This document shows positions 36,381 to 49,011 of a stretch of 64,000 bases of DNA, piece by piece. Source of the DNA: Octopus vulgaris (taxonomy: Eukaryota); assembly GCA_951406725.2 (NCBI GenBank), contig OX597831.1, forward strand, positions 68,634,001 to 68,698,000. The letters run 5' to 3'. The position numbers and the translations under genes are program-made. The notes under the pieces were generated by a model, which saw only the letters and a list, made by a program, of their open reading frames with translations, was not told the DNA's origin and made no database searches. The first letter of the stretch is position 1. The number at the start of each line of letters is the position of its first letter.

Positions 36381-37093
36381 AAGGCGATGAGCTGGCAGAA
36401 AGGTTAGCATGCCAGGCAAAATGCTTAGCAGTATTTCGTCTGCAATTATGTTCTGAGTTCAAATTCCGCTGAGGTCAACTTTACCTTTCATCCTTTCGGG
36501 GTCGATTAAACAAGTACCAGTTGCTCACTGGGGTCGATATAATCGACTTAATTCGTTTGTCTGTCCTTGTTTGTCCTCTCTGTGTTTAGCCCCTTGTGGG
36601 TAGTAAAGAAATAGAAATAGGTATTTCGTCTGCTGCTACGTTCTGAGTTCAAACTCCATCAAGGTCGACTTTGCCTTTCATTTTTAAAAGAAAATAAAAA
36701 GGCGGCGAGCTGGCAGAATCATTAGCACGCTGGGCGAAATGCTCAGCGGTATTTCGCCTGCCATTACATTCGGAGTTCAAACTCTGCCGAGGTCAACTTT
36801 GCCTTTCGTCCTTTCGGGGTCGATTAAATAAGTACCAGTTACGCACTGGGGTCGATATAATCAACTTAATACGTTTGTCTGTCCTTGTTTGTCCTCTCTG
36901 TGTTTAGACCCTTCTGGGTAGTAAAGAAATAGGTATTTCGTCTGTATTTCTGAGTTCAAATTCCACCGAGGTCGACTTTGTCTTTCATCTTTTCGGGGTC
37001 GATAAATTAAGTACCAGTTGTATACTGGGGTAGATCTAATCAACTGGCCCCCTCCCCCAAAATTTTGGGCCTTGTGCCTAGAGTAGAAAGGAA
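36381..37093 (+). mobile_element. Tandem multimer of the Meta-like tRNA SINE within one TSD
   Basis: Units at ~36381-36612 (full), 36617-36682 (partial), 36701-36930 (full), 36930-37093 (headless, different tail); TSD tatttgcttgggtt at 36367-36380 and 37094-37107. Confidence 0.88.
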
Positions 37094-37107
37094 TATTTGC
37101 TTGGGTT

Positions 37108-38250
37108 GTCCTGGACAGCCCTCTAAGCAGTATTCCAGTCAATCTCCCTTCTCCATGAGACACTTCCTTATCTGCTGTGACCATATGGCAAGTGGCCGAT
37201 CAACATGATCCATCGTTGTGGTCAAATCCCCAGAGAAAAGAACATGATACACAGGACGCTGCTTGGAAAATTGGTCAACATAACCAAACAGTCAGAGTTG
37301 ATGCTTCCAAACCATTCAAGTAACTGGCTGCATCTCAGTTTCTGAGTATAGTCATTCGATAGATACAAAATCTGACCAATGGTAACCCATAACCTTGTGA
37401 AGCATCCTGATACAAAAGGAGTTCAGACAGCACCTAAGGCCTCTGGACAGTGTCCAAGTCTCACAAGTTTAAAAAATTTTAATATTTTTACATTTTGCTC
37501 ACTTTACCTGGATTTACCTGTAATTAGAGTCACTTTGAGACAAAAGTTATGCAACAGAATTAAGAACCCTTTCTTTAGTTATGTTCCAAATATCACATTA
37601 AAATGTTGATAAGTAAAAAAGTTACAATTGTTTAATGAAACTAGTCTAGATTCATGATTATTTTAGAATTTAATTGAAACTCATGAGGGGTATATTTTGG
37701 TCAGAAAAATAGTAACGAAAGGTTAAAGCAAGACAGGGAAGACCAGAGCCCTGAAGACTTGAACTTTTGTCCTACAGCTCAGAAATTAGCAGCAGCAAAC
37801 TCCCTTGTCCAGTGAATCCACAACTGCACCAGTTTTTGAGACTTTTGACTTACAGCTAATGCTGAGAAATAGTTGGCAATAGAAACAGATAAAGTCCCCC
37901 AGGAAGCCAAAGAATGACTGGATCTTTGTCTTGACCCAGGAAAATCAAAGGCCAAGTGGTTCTACTTCTTCGCTTAATGAAAGGAGAGCGCTCTTTAAAA
38001 CATCCAGAGACTCAGAAAGAATAACTGTATCATCAGCAAAATCCAAGTTAGTAATCCTAGTTTCACTAACAAGTGCACTACAATCCAATTGAGCCAATTA
38101 TGCAGTCCATGCAGGCATTGAACAGAGTGGGAACCAAAAGATACAAGTCTGATGGACACCAGATCTAACTGGGAAAAAGTCAGAAGTTGAGCCCCCAATC
38201 CAGACTGCATTCACTGTTCCAGTACATAAGGCCATCATGACCTAATCTTG
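37108..38250 (-). mobile_element. Old RTE LINE, 3' half of RT/ORF2
   Basis: TSDFFPVRSGVHQ, LDFADDTVIL, TKVQVFRALVFPVLL..CETWTL, MGYHWSDFVS; interrupted by a MITE. Confidence 0.8.
37473..37722. mobile_element. Decayed TTAA-flanked MITE inserted in the RTE ORF
   Basis: TTAA at 37469-37472 and 37723-37726; removing it restores PVLL*TCETW; the right end gtaacgaaagg|TTAA resembles the piggyBac-type MITEs. Confidence 0.65.
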
Positions 38251-38339
38251 GGGTTCTCAAGTCTTAGGTTTTGATGGAGCCCAAGGTGGTGGCTCAATAG
38301 GCATCATGTTTTGAGATGCACCGAGACCCACCTAGAACT

Positions 38340-38868
38340 GTTCTGAATACTAGTGATTAACCTGCCAGTCAGTTGTGATCTACTGTCCTTTGATGAGATT
38401 CATACAGCAGTAATTCAGCTGAAGGGTGGAAAGGTAGCTAGTGTTTGTGCCATCGAGATGATCAAAGTGAACCTGTTGCGGTTTTGTTTACATATGAGAT
38501 CCCTTGTTCTGTCTAAAGCAATGGCATCATACTACTTGACTGGATGAGGGGCATACTTATCCCTTTTTGAAAAGGTGACCACTATGACTGGAACAGCTAT
38601 AGGACTGTTACACTCCTTTCAGTGCCCACTAATGTCTTTGCCATGGTTATTTTAAACAGAGTGCAAAATCATCTGCCTTCCTCGCAGTGGCCAAAGCAGT
38701 CAGGGTTCACATCAAAGAGGCAGCTACTAACAGAATCCTGGTTCTCCAAATACTATTCACAGGCAGAGTTTGCAACAGATGTGACTTGCAGCCTATGTCA
38801 GTTTCCATAAGGCATTTGATACTGCAGGCAGGAATGTGCTCTGAAGGATTCTGGAGCTGAGAGGTTTA
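38340..38868 (+). mobile_element. Old RTE LINE, 5' half of RT, inverted relative to 37108-38250
   Basis: AVIQLKGGKVA, KGDHYDWNSYRTVTLLSVP, KQSGFT, AYVSFHKAFD...RILELRG on the plus strand. Confidence 0.8.
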
Positions 38869-39624
38869 GAAAAGGTTGTCTGAATAATTTAAGAAGCACT
38901 CAAAGCCTGTCTATACTGATCTTATGCCTCTTCTTTCCTTTTTTCTTTTGAAATATAGTTTGTTAATATTTTTTCCTGTGGAAATTTGTAGTAAGCATCA
39001 GGTTCTTGTGGGTTTTGATGTTTATAGAACAGATTTGCTCTATAAACTAGTTGAGTACCCAAAATGTTGGTCACAATATGGGTTCAACAAATGCATTTTG
39101 TGCTCTTGTAAGCTCTGACAACCACATCTTTTTGAGTCAGGTATATTTGGTTATTTTATCTTTGTACTTTTATATGATATATTTTCATCAATTCCTGGGT
39201 ACTTGTAGCACTCATTTTATGAAACAGAGATAGAAAGATAATTGATTCAGAGATTTTGGGTTTAGGAAACACGGTTTCTATGTTCAGTTGTTAAATATGA
39301 ACATTTCTTTTGGCGAAACTCCTTTTTCATATAAGGAGAAAGTGTAATTAAATCCGGCTGTGTTTGGGCTTAGATCTTTAGATCGTCCACAAAAAGCTAT
39401 GGTGACATTAGTGTCCTTTGCTATTGTAGACTCTAGTACATTGCCAGTAGATTTTCATAGAAGAAATGATGGTTGATTAAGGGCTGAAAGAAACTAAAGT
39501 ACAAATTTTTGCTGTGAAATATTCTAATTGAAATATTTATAACTACTGAAACAGTCACTCCAATTTCAGTTTTGAATTTAAGAATTGTAGTAGCAGACCA
39601 TGGAAGTGACTGAGTCAGCAGGTC

Positions 39625-40010
39625 CTACTCTTTTACTTGTTTCAGTCATTTGACTGCGGCCATGCTGGAGCACCGCCTTTAGTCAAGCAAATCGACCCCA
39701 GGACTTATTCTTTGTAAGCCCAGTACTTATTCTATCGGCCTCTTTTGCTGAACCACTAAGTTACAGAGACGTAAACACACTAGCATCGGTTGTCAAGCGA
39801 TGTTGGGGGGACAAACACAGACACACAAACATATACACATACACACACAACGGGCTTCTTTCAGTTTCCGTCTACCAAATCCACTTACAAGGCTTTGGTC
39901 GGCCCTAGGCTATAGTAGAAGACACTTGCCCAAGGTGCCACACAGTGGGACTGAACCCGGTACCATGTGGTTGGTAAGCAAGCTACTTACCACACAGCCA
40001 CTCCTATGCC
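39625..40010 (-). mobile_element. Full-length CORE-like tRNA SINE
   Basis: Head ggagtggctgtgtggtaag (A box), gggttcagtccc (B box), ccttgggcaagtgtctt core and family tail. Confidence 0.92.
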
Positions 40011-40446
40011 TATGTGATCCGTTTATGATTGTATGCATATGTGTGTATGTGTGTGTACATATGTGTGTGTGCGCACATTCATGCATGCTCTTGTTTTTCT
40101 CTTTTTCATTGTGAGTTGATTTTGATTGGTCATTTACTTGGCAGCAAGATAATGAAGAAAAGTATCTTCCTATATTCATCATTCTTTAAGTCTTAAGAAA
40201 GTCTTGCACAGATATCAGGATTATTTGTAGCATATTAAGTAAAGAGCTGCATTCCTTCCCGCAAACCCAAGTTCAGCCATACTTTGCTCTAGGAAAGTAT
40301 TATGTTACTCCAAAAATAATAGATATGAAACAGAATGTGTATCTTGCGGACTGGATTTGTGAACTCCTAATCAATAACCAATAGATATTCTCTTTCTACT
40401 GTATTTTTCAGATCATAGTGGTGTCCAGAGGGCAGCTAATTTACTC

Positions 40447-40676
40447 AATAAAATAAATAAATAAATGCGCCCTTTTAAATCCTAGCCAGGCTCATGGGCC
40501 CGGTTTCCCGGTTTCAATGGTGTATGTGTTCCCCAGCTAGATGGGACACCAGTCCATCGCAGCGTTACTCATTTTTGCCAGCTCAAGAACACAACGCATC
40601 GCCTGGTCCAGGAATCAAAACCACAATCTTACGACCATGATGCTGACACCCTAACCACTAAGCCACATGCCTCCAC
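40447..40676 (-). mobile_element. tRNA SINE with a V-like domain
   Basis: Head tggaggcatgtggcttagtggttag; body gcgatggactggtgtcccatc; (TTTA)n tail; related to 44670 and 58455. Confidence 0.8.
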
Positions 40677-40763
40677 GATTTCCTCAATAGCACATGATTT
40701 TTCTTGTGGTCCCCCACAACAGTATCTGACCAGTTATGTTTTAACTTGATTGTTGTTTTAATT

Positions 40764-41175
40764 TACAAACAATAACTCTGAGCACCCTTACAAACAATAA
40801 CTCTGAGCACCTTTTCAAACTCCACGTGTCTAACACCCGTGGGCATATTTAGAAAGTCAGAAAACAGCACAGCTCCCATGACTTTAAGAAACATTTTTTC
40901 ATGCTGAGAGTTGCTGAAGCATGGAACAAACTGCCGGCATCAGTTGTTAGTTGTCGGAGCACTGCATCCTTCAAAACTTCCATGCTTCCTGAGATTTGCC
41001 AACACTACACCTGATTTTCTCCCCTCCATACACATGCAAGCGTGTATCTGACTCATACATTGTTTGCTTTCTAGACATTTGTACATTACTGCATACACTT
41101 TATATGCACTTTCTGACAAGTTGTGGTGCACCTGAGCAGTGTATACAATAATTTCATTATTATCATTATTATTAT
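40764..41175 (+). mobile_element. CR1-group LINE 3' end (third family) with a 25-bp tandem duplication at the 5' junction
   Basis: NTRGH..K......HFF..RV.EAWNKLPASVV...S..SFK; (ATT)n tail; tacaaacaataactctgagcacc occurs twice at 40764-40813. Confidence 0.82.
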
Positions 41176-41178
41176 CAC

Positions 41179-41400
41179 AAGGCGGCGAGCTGGCAGAAAC
41201 GTTAGCGAAATGTTGAGCGGTATTTCATCTGCCGTTACGTTCTGAGTTCAAATTCCGTCAAGGTCGACTTTGCCTTTCATCCTTTCGGGGTCGATTAAAT
41301 AAGTACCAGTTACGCACTGCAGTCGATATGATCGACTTAATCCATTTGTCTGTCCTTGTTTGTCCCCTCTGTGTTTAACCCCTTGTGGGTAGTAAAGAAA
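41179..41400 (+). mobile_element. Meta-like tRNA SINE inserted in the (ATT)n tail
   Basis: aaggcggcgagctggcagaa...gagttcaaattcc...gcctttcatcctttcggggtcgatt. Confidence 0.9.
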
Positions 41401-42518
41401 TATATTATCATTATTATTATTATTTCTAAGTTCCACCAATATTCTTTTAACCCATTGGTCTCAGTAATGTGTATACATGCCTGTATGCTTACGTGTATGA
41501 GTAAATAAATGTCTATGTATGTGTTAATGATTTCTCATTGTTTTGAGGCTCTTTGTATGCTGCATCAAGCCGTTCCATTGTATTTACAGTGATGTCACTG
41601 TTTACATTCTATCATGAAAACATGTCCAACCATTGAGCCAGTCATTGATGAAGGACTGGGAGGAAATAGTACTTTACTTAAAAACTTGGGATGATTGGAT
41701 ACAGGAAGTGCATCAATCATAGAATAACTACCCCTATAAATCTAACCTGACTTCTGTCTATAAGGAAATGTGAATGTTAAAATGATGGTGAGGAGGATGA
41801 CAACAAAATACCTCATACCCGGCGGGTGGGAGGTGGAAACTGCAAAAGTGACACTTTCTTATTTCTTTTTCAGTAAATAAATTTTAGAATTTGTGGTTAT
41901 GTAAAAAATAAACATTATAAAGTTTTATGTCTGGAAAAGTTGAGAGAAGGAAAACATTTTTTCTATTGTTCCTAGAACAGACAAAATATAAATATAATAA
42001 TGCTGAAAACTTAAAAAAGTTTTAATAGAAAAACTGAATTTTCTAAAATCAAACAAAAATTTGAGAATGAAAGTTGTTAATAACTGTCTTTGACATCATG
42101 TTTGAAGTTTCACAGCATTTGCCCTTCTTCTGGCTATTCTGTATTTTTTTTTTTTTTTTTTTTTTGTTATTAGCAGCAAAAGATGAAGTAAAAGAAAAAA
42201 AATCACAGAATTGCACTGGATGTCTATCGAAGTTCATTATTGAACATCTGTGGCAATTCTGTAAATTTTATATATTGTATCTACACCAAGAAACAGTATC
42301 ATGTGTATTGGTGGTATTTACTTGTGTGCAGTTTGACAATGTTTCTCTGATCACACTATTACTTCCTTTAAAGAAAGTCTGTTGCATGTGAGAATGTATG
42401 TTGGTGTGTAATTACGTGTTTGTGTACGTTTGTATACACATGTACACATGTATGTAGAATCAACAAGAGTATAGAGCAGACCGTCTTCTAAGTTGAAAAG
42501 GTAGTGAGCAACATTAAT

Positions 42519-42710
42519 CATCATCATCATCATCTTCATCATTTAACGTCCGCTTTCCATGCTAGCATGGGTTGGACGATTTCACTGAGGTCTGGCAAAC
42601 CAGACTCCAATCTGATCTGGCAGAGTTTCTACAGCTGGATGCCCTTCCTGACGCCAACCACTCCAAGAGTGTAGTGGGTGCTTTTTACGTGCCACCGGCA
42701 TGAGGGCCAG
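42519..42710 (-). mobile_element. Short RTE 3' UTR copy
   Basis: (CAT)n then tttaacgtccgctttccatgctagcatgggttgg. Confidence 0.85.
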
Positions 42711-44664
42711 TTTGGTGGATTTCCTTATATTACCTCTTGGTTTTATTATCTTCCCCCTCCCACTACTTCTATTGAAACAGCTCTGGTGTCACATTTATTT
42801 ACCTTTAAATTGATTTTTATTAATTTATGGAATTTAGTTGTGTCACACTCTAGTTTATCACCACACAACCACGTTATTGTTGACACTGCAAATGTGTTGT
42901 TAGCACTGAATGTTCTTTCTGTTTGGATAAGGCTTTAAATTTTTTTCAACTCTCTCAAATTATTCATTTCTTATTCTTGTGCAAACATTTTTCTCATACA
43001 TACTTTTCCTTTCTTCTGTGCTCAAATATTTGTAGAATGTAAAATAGTGCAACACTTGTATTATCTCCCTTCCCAGGACTTCCAAATTATTGGCCCAGCT
43101 GGTCTGTCTACCTCATTAAATTATCACTTTGCCTAACTCCATCCCACAAAATACTCCCTTGTTACATTAATTGCCAAAACTGATGAGACTCTTAAATGGG
43201 ATTATTTGCAGCACACAGTTTTATGTAATCTTTGAAGAGAAAGACAATTTAATTATCAAAACTTATTAAAACTGGTTGACAATACAAGGAGACCCAGTTT
43301 CCCGGGGAAAAGTTTCAGCATGAAAAGAAGAGATGCATGATGAAACACATATGATGAATTGAAAACAAGAAGTACTGTCTCCTTGGAATATTCCAGTAGA
43401 TATACCTGTGAGACTGGAGCTTGCAGTCATGGTATTTAGAGGATTAGCAGAATCCTGAGAGCATCGGGTAAAATGTCTTATTGTATTTGTTCCAGCTCTT
43501 TCACTATGACTTCTAACCAAGTGAAATGAGTTCTTACTTCTTTGTTGGCATTTAGTGGGTTATATTTTTGTCATCTAGTACTCAGGGCCCAAATTACAGT
43601 TACAGTTATAACATTTGCATTATTAATTTTTTTTCTCTTAATTTGGCATTTAATCTATCCTGTATCAACAATATACGAACCTGCAAAATATTTGGGTTAA
43701 TTCTAGTTGAAAGGTTTGGGAGCTTGGTAAACACTGTAAGGAATCAGTCTAAAAGTGTTGCTGTTTTTGGTTCAGTCATTTACTAATTAAAGTCATGCTG
43801 AAACTAACTGTCCTTGCTTTTATCATCAATGAAATATTTATCTGTAATATACAGGAGTTTATTCTATCACAAAATATGCATCTCATCTCTTCAAAGGCTG
43901 ATTTTGTGCCCACTAGGGTAAAAATGTAGATTTTAGGTTTTCCAGCTGGGATATGAAAAAGCAAATATACATTGTGGTTGAGAAATGTTAGAAAATCAAA
44001 TAATTAAAAATAATTAAAACATAATACATATCTTTTTCATGTTGCCTATATTTCTCTTGAAACCTTAAGAACCTTAAATATAAATTCTCTTACAAAATAC
44101 TTTAAAACTGGGTATATTAAGGAGAAATGCTAATGATAGAGATGTTGGGACAAACTCTGTACATATGTACAAATTCCAATTATTTTAATGCACAATAGTT
44201 TCAGACAAGGAATTCTAATTTTGGTGGTGGAAGAGTTGGTGGCTGAAAGTCATTGTGCTGGAGATTGTTATTATTTAAATTTGGTTATTCTTATTCCACT
44301 TCTTAAATTGCTATTTTAATCAAACACAGCATTTACTTAGGATTAAAACTATTCAACCACAGTATTTACAGATTTTATAAATACATCATTAGAAAATTGT
44401 TTATAATTTTTCTATTTTCACGCTCTAAGAGGAATCAAAGAACACTGGCATTTGGTCTGTCTGTCTGTTTCTGTCTTTGTCTTTGTCAGTTTGTCTGTCT
44501 ATCTGTCTGCCTCTCTCTCTCTCTCTCTTCTTGTGCCATGTCTACAAGCATGACCAATCTTGGACAGCCGTACCAAAGTGAAGATTAAGATTTTTGGGGG
44601 TGAGGAATACTGATGATATTTCCCATTGCCTGCTGCCAGTTTATTTACAGTTTGCACTATTTTT

Positions 44665-44975
44665 TTTTGTTGTTGTTTGTTCCTTCTCGAGCCATGCCTG
44701 GCTCATAAGTGCCAGTTTCCTGGATTCTTGGCGTATAGGTTCCCCACCTGGATGGGACGCCGGTCCATCGCAGGTGAGCTGCAAGATGCAGGAGGAAAGA
44801 GTGAGAGAAAGTTGTGGCAAAAGAGTCAGCGGAAGTTTCGCCATTATCTTCTGCCAGAGCCGCGTGGAGCTTACGTGTTTCATTCATAAACACACACATC
44901 GTCCGGTCTGAGATTCGAACCCATGATCCCTCGACCATGAGTCCGCTGCTCTAACCACTTGGCCATGTGCCTCCA
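44665..44975 (-). mobile_element. tRNA SINE with a V-like domain
   Basis: A box TGGCCAAGTGG, B box GGTTCGAATCTC, body cctgcgatggaccggcgtcccatccagg. Confidence 0.85.
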
Positions 44976-45827
44976 CAGTTTACTCCATTGACCTCCTTTC
45001 ATTCCTAAGCTTACACTTGAGATACAGGAACTATTTAACTTTAAGGCAAAAGACTGTTTCACGTGACATCAGGATATGTCTACATACATGTCTAAGGGCC
45101 AGCCCTCCTTAATCCTGTATATCTTAATGATTTCTTTACTTCTTGAACTTAGTCTCACATGTAAAATATTTTAAAATTTCTTAGTTAATCTCCAGAGTTT
45201 AAAATTTTTCAATAAATATTCTTAAAACAGTGTTATGCAGTCGTACATATTAAGAAGCCTTACTGAAAGTTTAAAGGTTAAATTTCACAGTTGAAAGGAT
45301 GACAAGAATGCCATTAAAGTGATAGAAATAGATCACTTTGAAGAATTTTGATCACAGAATATCTATATTTTATTCCTTTATCAATGATTCTGTATGTTTC
45401 TATGTTAAATCAATAACACTATATATTATACAGTTTTCCATTATAAGATATCAGTTTCATAAAAAAGATATTTTCATCTTCAAACCAACGTTTGTATTGA
45501 TGTGCAATAGATGTTTGACTGCTGATTGATGTGTGTAACAAAATGCTAGCATCGCTGCAGTCAGCAGTCTTTCTTTAAAGTTTGATTATGTTTTACTAGA
45601 TTTGAGAGCAAACTTGCTTTACAGAAAATGGGATACAGTTGACTGACTATACTCTGATAAATATGTGGCACTTATCAACTTTTGAAGTAAGAATGATAAA
45701 ATCAGCTTAGAGGGAAGAACAACCAGTAGGAAGGAATAGTGAAATTGACCAAAGTATGATTTGAACTCAGGAGAAATAAGAACAAGGCTTATTACTCTAA
45801 TATATTTAGTCTAGTGCTGTATTATAA

Positions 45828-46243
45828 GGATCTTTTTGGTTTGAACGGCAGTTTTTAACATAATTTCTAGGTAACTAAAAAATTTTAATCTTCGTATAAT
45901 AGTAGAATGTGTTTATAAAACATCTTTTTCTCTTGGCTTTATTGAGAAAATTCTATAGTTTGTAAGATATTTGTTGTTTTCTTTCTTCAATTTCTGCAAT
46001 TTCAACCAATCAGTGACGTCTATTGAGGTAAAAAACATTCTGTGCCGTATGAATATATCCCTCATTTAAGAAACAGATTGGGTTTATTTACATTTGTGAA
46101 AAAAAAAAGATACCCTCCCCCCACCCCTAACCTTAACCCTAAAGCAGATAGAAATGCAATAGATTGATACTAGGGTCATAATTATGGGTGACAATTTCAT
46201 ATGACACCGCTAGAAAAAACTGCCGTTCAAACCGAAAATATCC
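45828..46243. mobile_element. MITE with ~28-bp TIRs and a 9-bp TSD (Mutator-like)
   Basis: GGATCTTTTTGGTTTGAACGGCAGTTTTT...AAAAACTGCCGTTCAAACCGAAAATATCC; gtattataa at 45819-45827 and 46244-46252; internal ccctaaccttaaccctaa. Confidence 0.85.
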
Positions 46244-46584
46244 GTATTATAATTACCTCACTTCATTTGCAATAACAGACAGTATTTTATTTTGTTATTA
46301 ATTTTATAATGTTGTCAGTGAACAAGAGCATTGTTGGTTACAGGTTTCTAATGAACCACTCATGATTTACAGTATTACCAAAGGTGGACATGAAAATGAA
46401 TGATACAGTTATTTAGGTTACATGATAGACTTAGTTCAGTGCCCAGTTTAACACCACCACCTCCGTTTCTTGGACACTTTTACTGGAATATACTTCATTC
46501 TCTCTTGCAATCATTCAGGACAGGCTTCTAGTCTGGTGATAACTCCCTTCTTTCTCTGAAGACGACCATTGGCAATACTGTCCA

Positions 46585-46915
46585 TTTCTTCTTCTTACAG
46601 CATTCACCCGGGGTGGGTTGAGCTGGCTTCATTCATCCTCAATGCTGCATCTCTCACAAACACTGACCAGGCCTGGCGATTTTAGGCTAACGACCGCGTG
46701 ATCTCCAACCACTCCTTATTCCAGTGGTGAACACCATAGATTGGGTTCCAGATCAGCCTTGACTGTCATCAGCCAGGTTTTTCGTTGTCCACCACATCGC
46801 TTTTGCCAACCCTGAAGGGGAGCTGGGGCAATTGCTTCATAGATGAATTCTCCTGGTTGACAACGGAGGGCATGACCCAGCCAACGCAGATGTCTTGTTA
46901 GGATGTGATTCTGAC
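46585..46915 (-). mobile_element. RTE LINE 3' end fragment
   Basis: HLRWLGHALR...GWQKRCGGQRKTW..TVKADLEP; short (AAG)n tail. Confidence 0.8.
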
Positions 46916-47525
46916 AAAAGTATTCCATCCACCAAAAAAGAAAAAAAAGAGCTTAACTCTACTTGAGACTACAGGTTGATATTGCCCAGTCATTAAATTT
47001 TAAACATTATGTAATAATAATGCTTCATAGTTTTCAGGTCATCTTCCCTGCACTATCTAGTAATAAAATGCCTTTTGTTCATCTGACTATTATACAAACT
47101 TTGCATTTGTATCTCATATGTTGAATGCTCTTTCTTTTATTTATGAAGAGTATCTTATCTGATAGTGTGTGTGTATAATACACACACACACACAAATACA
47201 TCATCTATTTATTTTTCAGCCTGCCTGCCTGTATGTATGTATGTATATATATATATATATAATATTTTATAATTACGTGTATAATTTTGTTTTGTCCGGG
47301 AGTCTCTTCTTATGGTAGAAGAAATAGCTAAGGTTCTTTGGCTGCTATTTCTAAACTTCGGTATGTGGTAAAGCAAATCTTTGCTGAACCCTAATTATAA
47401 TTATACTCCTAATTATAAAATATTGTTTAAGTTTACCGAAAAATGGTCCTTTTTCATGCCGAATTCTACTTGGTGGAATTATTAATTACTAGTTAATTAA
47501 TTAATTTTACCCTTTATTATTATTG

Positions 47526-47559
<34 letters not shown>

Positions 47560-47564
47560 ATAGA

Positions 47565-47596
<32 letters not shown>

Positions 47597-48656
47597 TAAT
47601 CCTTTCTCCCCACACATCACTGTTGATGTTGATTGATTCTCACCAGTCTCTCTCTCTCTCTTTCTCTCTTACTCTTCATCACTGGTAACCTTTCCCTTCA
47701 ACCTCTGAACCTGGGTCTCTCTCTCTCTGTCATCACCCTACCAATTACTCTTTGGACATGCTTAATGTGAAATAACAGTGATAATGTAAATTAAAGAGAG
47801 CTATTTTGTCTTACATGGAACCACATAAACACTTTAATGCTTGGGCCACTGTAGAATGCTCTACGTAAAGTAATTAGTAAATGAATGGAAGTGAAGTAGA
47901 GAAGAGAAGAATATTTGTCTAGCTGAGGACCTGACAACCTCTCTAGTGCTTTTGCCTTGATAAAGTACACTCAGTATACTCTAGAGTGTGGTTGATGTTT
48001 GTAAGAACATTCAGTCTTAGAGACTATGTCAAATATAGGATGAACAAGTGAGACATGGTCTTCCAAACTTTTTAGTGGGAGGGGGTAAGAAATCTTGATA
48101 ACTAATTTGGACTATGATGACCCATCGAACCTATGCCAAATTATATGATGGGTCGAAAAAGATGATGATGATGGCGGTGGTGGCAGTATTGGCATTGGCA
48201 TTGGTATTGGATGGGAAATTGATATACATGCATATTGAATTTTGCATACTTTTTTTACTTTGTCTTATGTGATATACCTGCTATAATGATAATGGATTCT
48301 CCCTCAATTTCAATGAGTATTCCCATTGTTTGATCAACAGAACAGGTAACTCTTTTTAATTAACATGCAAGTGGATGGGTATTCTACAGAGACAGGTACC
48401 CTTAATGTGATTTTCAAGCAAAATCTACATGATACTTTATGGGACCAAGGTGGATTTTAAATCACAGGTACTGCTCACCTGATGAGCCTCGACATAGTTT
48501 CTGTCAGCTCAGTTTCTCTCTAAATTTTTTTAGGTTGACCTACGATTGCGATGAGAGAGATTTACCTAAGATACCATGTGATGGGATTGAACCTGGACCT
48601 CATAGCTGTCAACAGAATTTCTTAGTCACTTGGCCATACTACACCCACTATACATA

Positions 48657-49011
48657 TCTCTATATATATAAACGGCAAAATGTCTGTGTGTGTGTCCTTT
48701 ATACAAATTCACAATTTTTCAGTTAGAAGGCCCGCACTTTCTATGGTTATTTAAAACTGTCCAAGGGTGATCGTGCACATCTTTACATTTCCCCAGTCAC
48801 CCCGCAAAGGCATTAAAAAATCAATAGAAGTGACTTTTTTGTGAATTTTCTATCCAAAACCCAATCAAAATGCCCAAAACTTGATACGCCAATTGAATGC
48901 CAGCTAGCTGTATGTGATTGGTCGGAAATTTGGACATGTACATGCACACACACGCAGCTGTATATGCATGCAGTAGCACTATGACCCGGCGTTACCAGGT
49001 CATAGTGCTAG
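48657..49011 (+). mobile_element. Non-autonomous Helitron
   Basis: A|TC 5' end, CTAG|T 3' end, terminal hairpin tagcactatgacc/ggtcatagtgcta, no TSD. Confidence 0.85.

Noticed and set aside
39930-40010. tRNA gene-like A/B boxes (also 36381, 41179, 44900 and 61500)
   Set aside because: Heads of multi-copy SINEs; no full cloverleaf
47260-47530. TA-flanked element with GTAGAA-GAAATAGC/GCTATTTC-TAAAC as a hammerhead
   Set aside because: Both conserved boxes are broken; possibly a PLE remnant but not callable
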